Origin: Balanoglossus misakiensis
Taxonomy: Eukaryota; Animalia; Hemichordata
DNA length: 64,000 bases
Reading direction: 5' to 3'
Assembly (NCBI GenBank): GCA_040954595.2
Contig: CM082594.2
Coordinates: forward strand, 3,023,319-3,087,318
In this document: positions 52,662 to 64,000 of the stretch, piece by piece
How the letters are laid out: the number at the start of each line of letters is the position of its first letter
Numbering within the stretch: the stretch's first letter is position 1
Program-made: the position numbers and the translations under genes
Notes under the pieces: generated by a model
What the model was told of the DNA's origin: nothing
Databases searched by the model: none
The model's input: the letters and a program-made list of their open reading frames with translations, nothing else

Positions 52662-55105
52662 TCAACTGTGGAAATTTGCGTGGGTGACAGTATGCCACTT
52701 ATGTGATAGTGTCGAGAACGATGGCATCTGTATTATTTACCCATGACGTGCTTTCCCAATGAGTGTATATACGCGCTGAACTTTGGGGTGAGGTTGTCAG
52801 CAGCTGCACAGAAGAGACTGAATATGAAATGTAAATCATAACACAAATGTTTAATTGATACATTTAATCACAGTTAAGTTTTGACAGCTTCTATGAGAAC
52901 ATTACAAATACAAATACTGTTTAAACGTATTTTTAGGATTCCTGACCATATCACGTATGGTCACTTAAATATAACATATTTTACGATATTTTGGCTTGAT
53001 TGGTGGTAAAATAGGTTACCAGGCGGTGTGTTGAATCGAAAGTGAAAGTACTTCGTTCGTGAATTTTATAGTTGGACACTTACATGTAGCTGTTCTACAT
53101 CTAAAAGTCTACACAACAGCGTGAGGTCGTAGATGCGCATGCGTGTTTATATTTTTGGGGTGGGGGTGGGGGGGGGGGGCAGCAGACATGTCATTCAGTC
53201 TGCACAAGAACAAAGCATTTTAGGGGGCGTGGCAGTATAGTGTTACAGTCGTCTGCGTCATAGCCTGTAAACGATATCGCACAGTGAGGGTAAACTAGCC
53301 AGCCAAATCGCTAAAATAGCTGATTTCTAAAGGCCAAATTTCTTTTGAAAAACATGTTACTGGTCATGAATTATTATACTAATCTATCCAACATTCAACA
53401 TGAATCGAAAGTGAAAGTGCTTAGTTCGTGAATTTTATAGTTAGACACGTTGCTGTTCCTCATCTAAGAGTAAAAAAACAATTAAATTTTGGTGCGATAA
53501 CAGGTGATTGATTCATCGAAGCAGTTTATTTCCAACCTTGGTATTTTGAAAGTCCGGTGATGACATTCCTTACCAGAATCTAAATATTGCATGCGTTGAA
53601 ATGTTTAAGGGTTATTTCAAATTTTGTCTACGTATACATTTTTGTCCCCTTGACCTGGAATCAATTTTTGGAGTTGTGCTCAACAGTGTGCGCATAAGAT
53701 GGTAAACTATGATGTTTTAAGCACTGAAGAAACTGTTGAAATATTCCACGTCTTTACCGTACCCTTATACGTGTATACAGGTATCATGCATAGTCTGGTC
53801 ATACACACCATTATGTCTGGCTGTGCGACAATTAACAGACCAACGAACCAGGTCAGGCGACTCGAAAAGAAGCTACGCTTTCACATACAAGGGCGCAAAC
53901 TCATTAGTGTCGACTTGCATGATATATTTGTCTGAATGGACCAGTCGAGGGCAAAGTACACCAGTGCATCACGTGATAGGTTAAAGCCCTGCGAACGACT
54001 GTGTTTACAGTAAAGGGTTTCTGGCCAGTGAAATTGTAAGATTTGTGACATTGTATTTCAAGATAGGCCTATAGGCCTACCGTTTTTGTATTTGTCCTTG
54101 AGAGGCACAGGTCGACACAAACTTACATTTAAGTATACTGCGGCGTATAGTAAGAACATTTATACCCTGCAATGGCGGATCTGCAGATGAACCTGAACTC
54201 CGATATGCACAACAATAAAGAACAAACACCAATCCAAACTTTGATGTTTCTGACACAATTTCGTCTCGTCTGGTCAAATCTTATATAAATAGGTCAATCT
54301 CGATCACACCACAGAACATTAGACAGAGATACTAGAACTGGTATTGATATATGAAAAACAACTTCCCGCTTACGTTTCTGACAAGATCTTTCACAAGTTC
54401 CAAAGTACGCATGAAAGCGTATTTTTTTTATTTCCACGTGCTAAATTTGGCGACGCTTTCTACGAACCTTGTGCATGCAGTCTTAGTATTGTCTATTCAG
54501 TGTTATTCTACGAACCAGTACAAAGCGACCATAGTGTACCTATAACATATTTGAGGCCGCGCTGAAGGGACTGGTCATGCATTCAGTTGCTTTCAAAGAG
54601 TCGCAGCTATGCTGCTTACACGACCCGTGTAGCGCATTCTTTTTGGTCAACTGTGGAAATTTGCGTGGGTGACAGTATGCCACTTATGTGATAGTGTCGA
54701 GAACGATTGCATCTGGATTATTTACCCATGACGTGCTTTCCCAATGAGTGTATATACGTGCTGAACTTTGGGGTGAGGTTGTCAGCAGCTGCACAGAAGA
54801 GACTGAATATGAAATGTAAAGCATAACACAAATGTTTAATTGATACAATTAATCACAGTTAAGATTTGACAGCTTCTATGAGAACATTACAAATACAAAT
54901 ACTGTTTAAACTGTTTATTTTTAGGATTCCTGACCATATCACGTATGGTCACTTAAATATAACACATTTTACGATATTTTGGCTTGATTGGTGGTAAAAT
55001 AGGTTACCAGGCGGTGTGTTGAATCGAAAGTGAAAGTACTTCGTTCGTGAATTTTATAGTTGGACACTTAGCTGTTCTACATCTAAAAGTCTACACAACA
55101 GTTAA

Positions 55106-55708
55106 AGCCCCAGTATTTCTCGTGTGCATCCATTTTTCATCATCGAAAAAAGCCCGTTTTTCCAGTACATCCATCATGGAATACTATATAATGAAGATGT
55201 AAGAAAGGTTTGGGCAATTGTAGCTACATGCAAGCCGAAAATATCGCCCGTAACACTTGAAATGATGCGCGGGTTTGTTTACAACGGAAGTGTTGTACAT
55301 GTCGATCAGCAAACGTGCCACTTTGACATTTTGATGGTCAGACCATTTTCGGATTTGATCTGGTTCCATCGACTGATTTCTCCCATAAAGTTATCTTCCC
55401 AAAATTTCGCCGAATTAGTGCGCATTTCTTCGCTGAGTCGCTTGATTTGGGGCGACCAAACCTCTTCCGCATAGATTCACATTTGAATGCGCATGCGCAC
55501 TAGTCACGTGTGTCAACATTAGCCTGACTCACGTGACTTTCTGTCCGGACAGAAAGTCATTCTTCACTCGTTATATTGTAAATTGTATGAGTTTATCAGC
55601 AGAGCTGGGGATGATGACTGTTCGATTCAGTATCAATTATCATCTACTTTTAGAAATTATAGATGCCGTTTCAAACAAAATTTTGCCCCTACGAGAAATA
55701 CTGTGGCT
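55106..55708. mobile_element. TTAA-flanked non-autonomous DNA transposon (Kolobok-like)
   Basis: TTAA|AGCCCCAGTATTTCTCGT ... ACGAGAAATACTGTGGCT|TTAA. Confidence 0.85.
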
Positions 55709-56135
55709 TTAATTGTCGTTGCGATGTAATTATCGACATATGCATAATTATTTTAGTTAGTCCTTACATCTGAGACGCCTGTGGGACACATTAAACGGAG
55801 GTTGCTGAAAAGTTCTAGACAATCGCCCAAAAATGATGAACATGAATAAAAACGTCAGAAGATTAACATAACTACACAGATAAAATAATTAGCATTATAC
55901 TCTAGTCCCTATACTTACAATATAAAGAAATTGTCTAAGCAAGTCAGTTTAATAAGGGCAACCAATTGATATGTTTTTAATACATGTAGTCTGATGTGTT
56001 TTTGGAGATTGTTAGAGATAGAATCACTAATCTTCGATCACATGGCTAGTGTGATAGGTTGCCTTTGAAGCTTTACATGTAGTATACATGTAGGCCTACC
56101 TGTGTGCAAATGTCATTTACATTATGTCAACATGT

Positions 56136-59100
56136 TTACGACTGGAACTTGTATCTTTTGGACCTGGCTAACACTTGCTTCAGCATAGAAAGGACGTGGG
56201 TATCTCGCTCTGATCCTTGCAGGTAGGTTCCTTTGTCTGACATGTTGGAAAGAGGACACATGTAGGTTTCGTCGATACCAGTGATCTCGGATAGTTCGGT
56301 AATCTTCCCTTTCAGTTCGTCTTCGTTTTGCAGTTTGTCAACATGTGTGATTACAGCCGCCACAGGGATGCCATTTCCTGCGAAAAGGATACATTTATAG
56401 AAATAGTAATCGTAAGGCCAGCAGAAAAATAACCGATTAGCATCAACCGTTAACCAAATCTCGCATGATTTCCTCTCAGTCGGAGAATACGCGTTTTAGG
56501 GTTAGGGGTTTGAACTAGGTTTGTTCCGGTACCGGAAGCACGCCATTTTGTTCCGGCCTTAATTGCTAACAATAAACGAACATGAAAATATTTGTAAACA
56601 AAGAAAAACAGTATCAAGCAAACATACACACCGAAATAAGGAGGAAGAGCTCGTGCCACACCCTCTATACCCACCTCTCTGTGCCCGCGCCTCGGCTACC
56701 ACGAGATTGTTCAGTTTGTCCGGAGAAGCCGCACTCCCGTTATGTACTATGACCACCATGTCAACCGGACTGCTCTTTGGCGACTTCATGTAGGTCAGCC
56801 AGGCGCTGAAAACATTCGTGGATGCCCAGAAATCAGGGCTGACGTCCTTCGGAAAGGCGCCTTGCAGAATCCATCGAATGACATCACGGAACTCCTTTTC
56901 GCCCTTCTCGTACTGGGGCAGTCCGTTGCCCGGAACATCCAGGAGATTGAAACAGTGGTTTCCGACTTGAATTGGAGTTGATGATATAACGATTGTTCCA
57001 GCAGCTGTTCCTTTCCAAACATCGGCCAGGGGTGTGTCGACGTCCGGTAAAACCTGCGAGGGACAGAGATGTATAGGTTAAAGAGTTCATTCACGATTGA
57101 AACCCAAGACCTGAAGGCTAAGCTGAGGCCAACAAATGATATGTGCTGTTCCGATTACATGGTTTTCAAAAATAGGGTAGGTAGGTAGGGAATTTTTTTA
57201 TTTTGCGATTTTTTTTATCTCTCTGGCCGCCATAGTGTAGAAAAAGACGTCATAGTTCTTGCGTTGTTCGCGCGATTTCGTCATAGCTCTCGCGTGATTC
57301 GCGCGATTTTCATATATTTCGTATATTTAATATCATTACTTTTACTGCCGGGTTTACGAAGCTCTAAAAAGTTTAGCGTCGGCGGCTTAAAATTAGGGTA
57401 GGTCGGTTAATCGGAACAGAACATATTTTTTTGGCCCAAGCACATGTAAGCTCATCATCCCGAAGAGGGATGGGAAACTGATATATGTGTCGCTCTACTA
57501 TGTTTTGAAGCGAATTGCAGAATTCGGGCACAGCGCAGAAAAAACATCTCACCTCTCCGATTGTGTTGATTGTTGAAGATTTCCCATGTCCAGGTGCACC
57601 AAAGAAAGCAATCGTTTGGCCAACACACAAATTTTCAATTTCATCTGTAAGACATAATCGGTAGACTATTGTTGCTACAGGGAATAACCACCTTTTTACC
57701 CTTCTATAGAATTATTATTTGATTTGAATCCCTGGCACGAATGAAAAAAAATTAAGGATGTACGTTCAGTAAAATTGAAAGTATTGTAATTTTTTTAATT
57801 GTGGATTTTTGGAATCTCCTGTGTATGTATAATGAAAATCTGTGATAAAATATAGGGGTCACCGCGCTTGTTTTTGAAATACAGAGCCATGAATGTAGTC
57901 GATAATAGAAGAAAACTGCTGACTCAGCATTTTTCACCAATGGTTTGTCTATGGGCAAATTTTTTAACGCAATTTATCTCAAAATAGAGCGCGGTGACCC
58001 CTATATTTTATTTGACCAATGAATTTAAATTTACTGGACTGAGCTTAGTGTGAAATTTCGTGAAAATGACAAAAGTAGAAGTTTGTTTTCTAGCAATTAT
58101 CAATATAATCCTATGGGGAAAAGTCGGGTGCGCGCAGTTTTCCGGTTTATGTTCTGCGCGTACATCCTCAAGAAGGCAAGAATTGACAAGTGCTTTGGCC
58201 TTGCTTACCGATTGTCACTGTTTTTATTGTTTTTTGTTCCATGCGAAACACTATCACTTGGTCTCGTAAGCCATGCAGGGAGTCGTACGGTTCCATTGGT
58301 GTTGGGACATCACCGGTTTTTTGGCCAGGTCTAATCAAAACCATGGTCTTGTCAGGATCGTCCAATTTTCTGGCGTCTTGCAGAGACAACCCGAAGCGAG
58401 TGACGTCATTCTTGATGTCCTTAATTACATCGAGCACGGTGTCGTTTTCCCAACAGACAATAACTTCAGCGCTTCTGGAGTTTTCATGTCTGACATACAG
58501 TTTGATACCTGTGAGATTGGGATGCGACAAACATTGGTCTGATGAAAACTGCGTGCTTCATCCGATGGGCAAGAATACAGTTTAGGCCAAATAAAAAAAT
58601 ATGTGCTCTTCCGATGTACCCGACCTACCTTAATTTTGGCTCGCCGACCCTAAACCTTTTTAGAGCTTCGTAAACCGGAAGTAAAAAATAACGACGTCAA
58701 GTATACAAAATTTATGAAAATTTCGAGAATCATGCAATAACTATGACGTCATTCTTCTACACTACGGCGGTCAAAGATATATATAAAAAAATCAAAATAA
58801 AAACATTTCTCCACCTACCTACCCTATTTTTTAAAACCATGTAATCGGAACAGCACATATTTTTTATTTGGCCTTATGACGAAATACCACTGCTCGTCTC
58901 GCTCGACATTGGCGATCAGCTTGTCATAAAGCAGTTGCTATCCGACAGAAGCGCATTTATATGAGACAAATCGAATATTTATTGCGGGCCATGCAAAAGA
59001 AATCCGCTTTCATATTGTGTCAGCTGTGGAAATGCCGCTGTTCCGCCGGGGGGAGGGGATATGCTAAGTTCACAGGGAAATTAGCACATCCCCTCCCTCC

Positions 59101-60385
59101 GGCGGAACAGCTGCGTTTCCACAGCTACTACTGTGTATACTGTTGACATAGTGAATGTTAACAGGTCTATTTCACACATAATCCATTAACATCAGACTTA
59201 CAGTTTCCACGGTTTTTCATCTCTTGTGTTTTGACATCGAACACCACATACTTTCTGGGTAACCTGGAGATTTCGTCCATGGGATTCAGTGGTTCCAGAG
59301 ATCCTTCAGCCGATTCGTAAAATGCTTGTATTTCACTTCCCTCGGCCTCGATTGTTTCTCGCTCTCCACTTGATAACTTGAATTCACCCAACTTGTGACG
59401 GATGATTTCTGTCAAATCACAAATGAGGTCATCCATACCACATCTGATCTTGATCGGATTGATAGACTTTGCGTATTTGACTCTGATGTCTTGTTCTGTT
59501 TTGGATAAAAGTTGAATGTAATTATAATTACAAAACTTATTTTCCTCCAAATACAATGGAATGGTTTGAGCTGCACAGAAAATGTACTGACTATCGAGTG
59601 TGTCATCAGTCCAGTTGATAAAGAGATTGTATAAATTGTTGCCAGTCTCAGATGATAAAAACAGTTATTGCTGAAGAAGATCGGTTATGTTTTGTTTACA
59701 GTGACCAATCGATCGATCTTTTAGTCATATCTATTCTACTGAAGCGGAGCTTCCCTATATATAGGGGTAGCCAATTGGCGGCGTTCATTGTGTACATTGA
59801 CTCTGAAGGGTGAACACGCAGACACACGCTCCCGAGAATGCATGATTTTCCGAAGTTTTCGACCGCAAAATCATTCACAATGCATATACAAGATTCCTTC
59901 GTTTATCTGAAGATTAACGATATCTGACTGAGACGCGAACGAAAGAGTACATTTCGAAACGCATGGGTCTGACTAGTTTAAATAAGACAAAATAATGACG
60001 TCATTTTCTGATTTTCTTTTCCAGCATTTACTTCTACCGATACACATCGGTCAAATATTTTTAGTTTTGAGCTCATAGGTAAAATATAAGAAAGTATGAA
60101 CCTACGTGCAACTGGATGATGGTCGAATTCCACCAAGTAGCCATTCTCGCTGAGCGTTGTAATGTTGTCAAAAAATTCCATTTTTTTCTTTTTGCCGCTA
60201 GACAGTGGCTGATAAAGTTCCAGCGTGTTGAGCCTAACGTCATCGGGAATCATGTCAAATTCACGGGCGTTTTCCTTCAGTTTGGCCGCCAGAGTGCCGA
60301 TGGTATCGGTCTCGTCGCATTTAAACGGCAGCGCGTTCCCTCCTTGGCAGTTTCTGACATGCACGGTAATTTTGCCGCTCGCCAT
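56136..60385 (-). CDS. Three tandem ubiquitin-like modules fused to an IFI44-like P-loop GTPase, 528 aa, 6 exons
   Basis: Exons 60385-60106, 59495-59202, 58508-58209, 57644-57553, 57053-56675 and 56377-56136 give a 1587-nt frame with no stop. GTPase motifs: G1 FFGAPGHGKSSTIN, G2 AGT, G3 LLDVPG, then IRWILQG, VDMVVIV and G4 GIPVAAVITHVD. Exons 1-3 are ~95-100-aa repeats of the form I.V..........C...DT...L...I. Confidence 0.85.
57127..57436. mobile_element. PIF/Harbinger-type MITE, family A copy 3 (inverted)
   Basis: Reverse-orientation match to 19078-19363 with GGCC termini; lies in intron 4 of the Ubl-GTPase gene; TSD imperfect. Confidence 0.8.
57756..58167. mobile_element. Kolobok-like MITE (complete copy of the element at 493)
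   Basis: TTAA|GGATGTACG ... CGTACATCC|TCAA; lies in intron 3 of the Ubl-GTPase gene. Confidence 0.8.
58585..58873. mobile_element. PIF/Harbinger-type MITE, family A copy 4
   Basis: TTA|GGCCAAATAAAA ... TTTATTTGGCC|TTA; lies in intron 2 of the Ubl-GTPase gene. Confidence 0.87.
59022..59126. repeat. GC-rich hairpin / palindrome
   Basis: agctgtggaaa.gc.gctgttccgccgg.gggaggggat.tgctaa mirrored by ttagca.atcccctccc.ccggcggaacagctgc.tttccacagct. Confidence 0.85.
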
Positions 60386-60490
60386 AGTTGTGTGCTGTTC
60401 CCACTAGCTTGTTAGTAATAGTAGTGAAAGCACCAAGTTGATACCAGGCGCCTATTGCGGTTTTGCCTATCTAATTAGCATACGGCGCGA

Positions 60491-60853
60491 CACCGGAATG
60501 TTTTTTGCATGACAAGTCCCCATGTTACTAACATGATGAATGGGGGTCAAATGGAGGTCATGATAGTTCTGCATTTTCTGGTACAGAATTTCAGAAAAAT
60601 CATAGTTCACGAAACTTTTAACCCTTTACTATATACGTTTAACGTGTGCGAGGAGTTGTTGTTATGACAACATAGTTGTTTTCATTTTAAAAAAATATCT
60701 ACATAAATCTTTCTCCATAGATCTACCACTAAGACCGCCCATGTCCCCTGTAAGGCAATCAGAGCTATCATGACCTCTCTTTGACCGGACTCCTCAAGGG
60801 TCATTCATTATGTTAGTAACCTGGAGACTGGTCATGCAAACAACATTCCGGTG
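60491..60853. mobile_element. Element with long imperfect terminal inverted repeats
   Basis: CACCGGAATGTT.TTTGCATGAC.AGTC.CCA.GTTACTAACAT.ATGAATG...GAGGTCATGATAG mirrored at the right end, which finishes AACATTCCGGTG. Confidence 0.75.
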
Positions 60854-61996
60854 ATTGTTTTAACAATGTAAAATCCCGGCCCGTTTAGCAGACAAACCTC
60901 TAAAATAAATGTTTTCCGTTCCCTTCTCCCTTCTTTATATCCGTGGAAAGTTATTACACAATCGTTCCCAAGTACACCACACCTGTCTTTCAGTCACAGT
61001 GATAAATCAAACATTTGCAAATAATTGTAATCATGCATACCCATCCAAATTTTCAACATCATAGGTCAAATATATAGTATTTGGATGGCTATTTGCAAAG
61101 ACAAACGGTTACAAAGAAGACTTGTTTGAAATGGGAAAAATGAATATTTCGTCAATCCCAGTTATGTCTGATAGTTCTGTACTGCAGCGTCATCTTTCAA
61201 TTCGTCAACGTGTGTTGCTGGTCAGATGAACGGTTCTATAGTAGTTGTTTTTTTTCTATTTGCATTTTAACCTTTGAACTGGGAGGAGACTGTACACGCT
61301 GATGTGTCATGCCAGCGGTTTCAAATTTGAGCCCTGTGTATTAAACACACGGACTACTGCGAGTTTGAAGGTGCTAATCCTCTATGTGATTATATCTTGT
61401 ATAAATCTACGACAGCTCTACATTTCGTTGTGCATTTGTATCTTTAAGTATTTGTCTTCGTTGACAGGTAAGGATCGACCAATATATGTAAAATGCTAAT
61501 AGTGGATTCTTAGTGCTGACTGCTTTCATTTTGTCTTCGGCGAATTTTCTTGTGTTTTCGCTACTCGAAACACCGAGCTCTTTCGATATCGACTGAATTT
61601 TTGCACACGACTCAGTTAACAAACACGCCAATCAATTATCGATGTCAACGAATTCCTGCGTCGCATGCTTTGATTGACCTCGCCACAAGGACGCGAACTC
61701 TTCGTGCAAATTCCCTTGTGTCTTTGCTATTCGAAACATAGACCTCTTTCGATATCGACTGTTGTTTTGCACATGACTAAGGTAGCAAACACGTCTATTA
61801 ATAACTAGTTTAGTGATGATAAATACAACTCACTGTTTCCACAGTTTCTTGTTTCAAATATTGTAATCGGAATTTATTTTGGTGTTTTAAAGTTTTTATT
61901 TGGAGGGTGAGATTATCTGTATTGGCGGCCATTTTGAAAAAATGGTTGCCATAGAAACCTTTTAACATATTTTTATTGGCTCTTACACACCAGACA

Positions 61997-63468
61997 ATGG
62001 AGCAGCAAGTCCTCGTTTACACGAAACTCGAGTCATTTCATCAGGCCCACGATATTGTGAAAGACCAACTCAAAGCGATCCTGGGTGACATGAAATTCAT
62101 CGTCGTCACGTACACCAGGGATTCGTCTTGGCAGAGGAACGACCAGTTTAGCGCCGTGACGCCTGTTGTGGTTTTAGACACAAGGCAAACGAGGGTCCTC
62201 CTGACTCCAACCGACAGGGACCGATCGGTTGATCACTGGGATGAACTCAGAGAACTGTCCACGACCATGTCAAAGCCTCGAGGTAGGTCATATATGCTTC
62301 AACCATACGCAGTGTAAATTAGCAGTAGTCACACGCCAACTGACTACTAATTGCTCCTTACTGACTACTAACTTTACAAAATGGTAGTCACCACTGACTA
62401 CCGGTAGGTGCAGCCGTCTCAGCTGTGTTATTGAATAGGTAGATGATTGCACTGACATGTGTCAATGCTGTATTACTGTCAGCATACATGCTGCTGAAAA
62501 AATCTACAGTGAACTCCTTTGATTCCACAAGAATATATATTACTATTCGAAGAAATTCTGACTACCAAGTTTGCGTGGCTGACTACCAATTTATAAATGT
62601 GGTGGTCACAACTGACTACCAAGGTAAAATGTTAATTTCGAGCCCTAGAAATACACCACAAACATAGGTTGTAACACCTGCCCAGGCCCAGCACCGGCGC
62701 TACACCGCCGCAAACTATGGAGTTTGAATCTCGGCCTGACTGCATGTATTTGGTGCCCCAGTAGTATAAACAAGACAACAGTCTGCTTGCTATCTGACAT
62801 CTAAGGTGTGGAAACAACCACCCAAAGGCAAATACGGTATATATCAAATTTTCAACCATGGAGATAATATTATGAGACCCATACATCGGTATTTTTAGTT
62901 TAACAGAAAAAATGTGCATTGTTTTTTAAATAAGTTCGTTGAGAATTATTCTTAACCAGCAACCCGCCTCTAATTTACAGGTTCGTTTCTCGTCGTCTTT
63001 TATGGGGACAGGAAATCAGAAAATTTAGCAGAGGGAAAAATTGTTTCTGACCACTTTCTGAAAATCTGGTCGTACAGGGATAGATTCGCAGTATGCCTTG
63101 CAGCGAAGGGAAGATGTTTTTCTCTCTGGCAAGAATTTAATGCAACTCAAAAGTCTGCCTTGAGAAGATATTTCGAAGAAATTGTCGTTTTGCCCAGAAT
63201 GATGTACGAATGCAACATATTGGTGATTGGGAACGACAGTCAATGTAAACAATATAAGGAATATTTGGAATCTCACACGCTACTGTTCCAGACAGAGGAT
63301 TTCGACACAAAATCCCATCTCATCGAAAGGCGTAATACGATGCACTTTCCCAACACAAAGGATCAAAAAGTCAAGAACATCCTAAAGACTTTCTATGACA
63401 AAACAAACACTTGGTCAAAGACAGAGGCCTGCAAGATAGGAACAAACTATGCGGCATTGTATCAGATT
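61997..63468 (+). CDS. Gene B: paralog of gene A (TIR/SEFIR-like N-terminal domain); probably continues beyond the window
   Basis: Exon 61997-62282 (MEQQVLVYTKLESF..VVVLDTRQTRVLLTPTDRDRSVDHWDELREL) and an exon from 62981 (GSFLVVFYGD..WSYRD..LAAKGRCFSLWQEFNATQKSALRRYF..CNILVIG). Strong donor GTAAGT at 63469; otherwise a stop at 63504. Confidence 0.8.
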
Positions 63469-63512
63469 GTAAGTCGGATTCCTTCATCCAATCAGAGCTC
63501 CTAGTCTTCTAA

Positions 63513-64000
63513 GGGACCGTTCAGTTTTTACGGCGGTGGGGGGGGGGGGGTCGGCAAGTTTGTGTCATCGGTTTTCAAAATCAGGCCGACCCCCCCTTCA
63601 CCCAGCACCAAAAAATGATGACCCCCCCTTTGACAGACCCAAAAATATGCTGACCCCCCCCCCCCCACGCTGAAAGCTTTCGCCGTCCTGATCATATGTA
63701 CACTGTATGCAATAAAGGGAATGAGGCTCCTCACACCTCAATTATAAATTTCTTAAAAGTAATTGAATTATATAATAATATCGTTGCAATAAAGAAATCT
63801 ATGAACAAAATAAAATGACAAATCAATACAATAGTTGCTAGAATAGTAAAAACAAGAAAAGTGGCGGGGGTGGGCGTGGGAGGGGGTGTCCCCCTCCCAC
63901 ATAAGAAAATTTTGTAAAATACGGTGCTCAAAGTTGCATTTTAATGAACTCAAAAGCATATTAACTCAATGTTAGGCATGACAAATTTTGATTTTGCCAC
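63513..64000. mobile_element. Left part of a Harbinger-type MITE
   Basis: TAA|GGGACCGTTCAGTTTTTACGGCGG plus a G-run, resembling the terminus at 20270; right end not in the window. Confidence 0.5.

Larger units (their letters stand above)
49530..55101. repeat. Tandem segmental duplication of a ~2-kb unit; copy 1 carries a LINE insertion
   Basis: Copy 1 spans 49530-53117 and copy 2 spans 53118-55101; both begin agcgtga.gtcgtagatgcgcatgcgtg and end catctaaaagtctacacaac; identical small ORFs at 50565-50765 and 54077-54277. Confidence 0.93.

Overview
This window is AT-rich, intron-containing eukaryotic (metazoan) DNA, most like a marine invertebrate deuterostome; that assignment is an inference from gene and repeat content. 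The ORF track misses most genes because they are spliced, so I rebuilt exon chains by hand from GT-AG sites and phase. Left to right: (1) a young, 5'-truncated L1/Tx1 retrotransposon with an 11-bp TSD; (2) an intronless peroxisomal 2-hydroxyacid oxidase facing an intronless, twice-frameshifted acyl-CoA synthetase; (3) a 15-exon MATE/SLC47 transporter on the minus strand with one frameshift and loss of key glutamates; (4) a secreted signal peptide-thyroglobulin-WAP-12xLDLa mosaic gene; (5) a candidate innate-immune cluster at 45.6-63.5 kb. The cluster holds a 6-exon gene joining three ubiquitin-like modules to an IFI44-like P-loop GTPase. It is flanked by two paralogs that share a TIR/SEFIR-like N-terminal domain (conserved DHWDEL); one of them continues into a degenerate IFI44-like pseudo-GTPase and a C-terminal membrane anchor. 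IRF-type elements upstream of that gene were multiplied by a tandem duplication. Harbinger-type and TTAA-type MITEs, foldbacks and compound microsatellites fill the introns. All domain calls come from motif recognition by eye; no searches were run.
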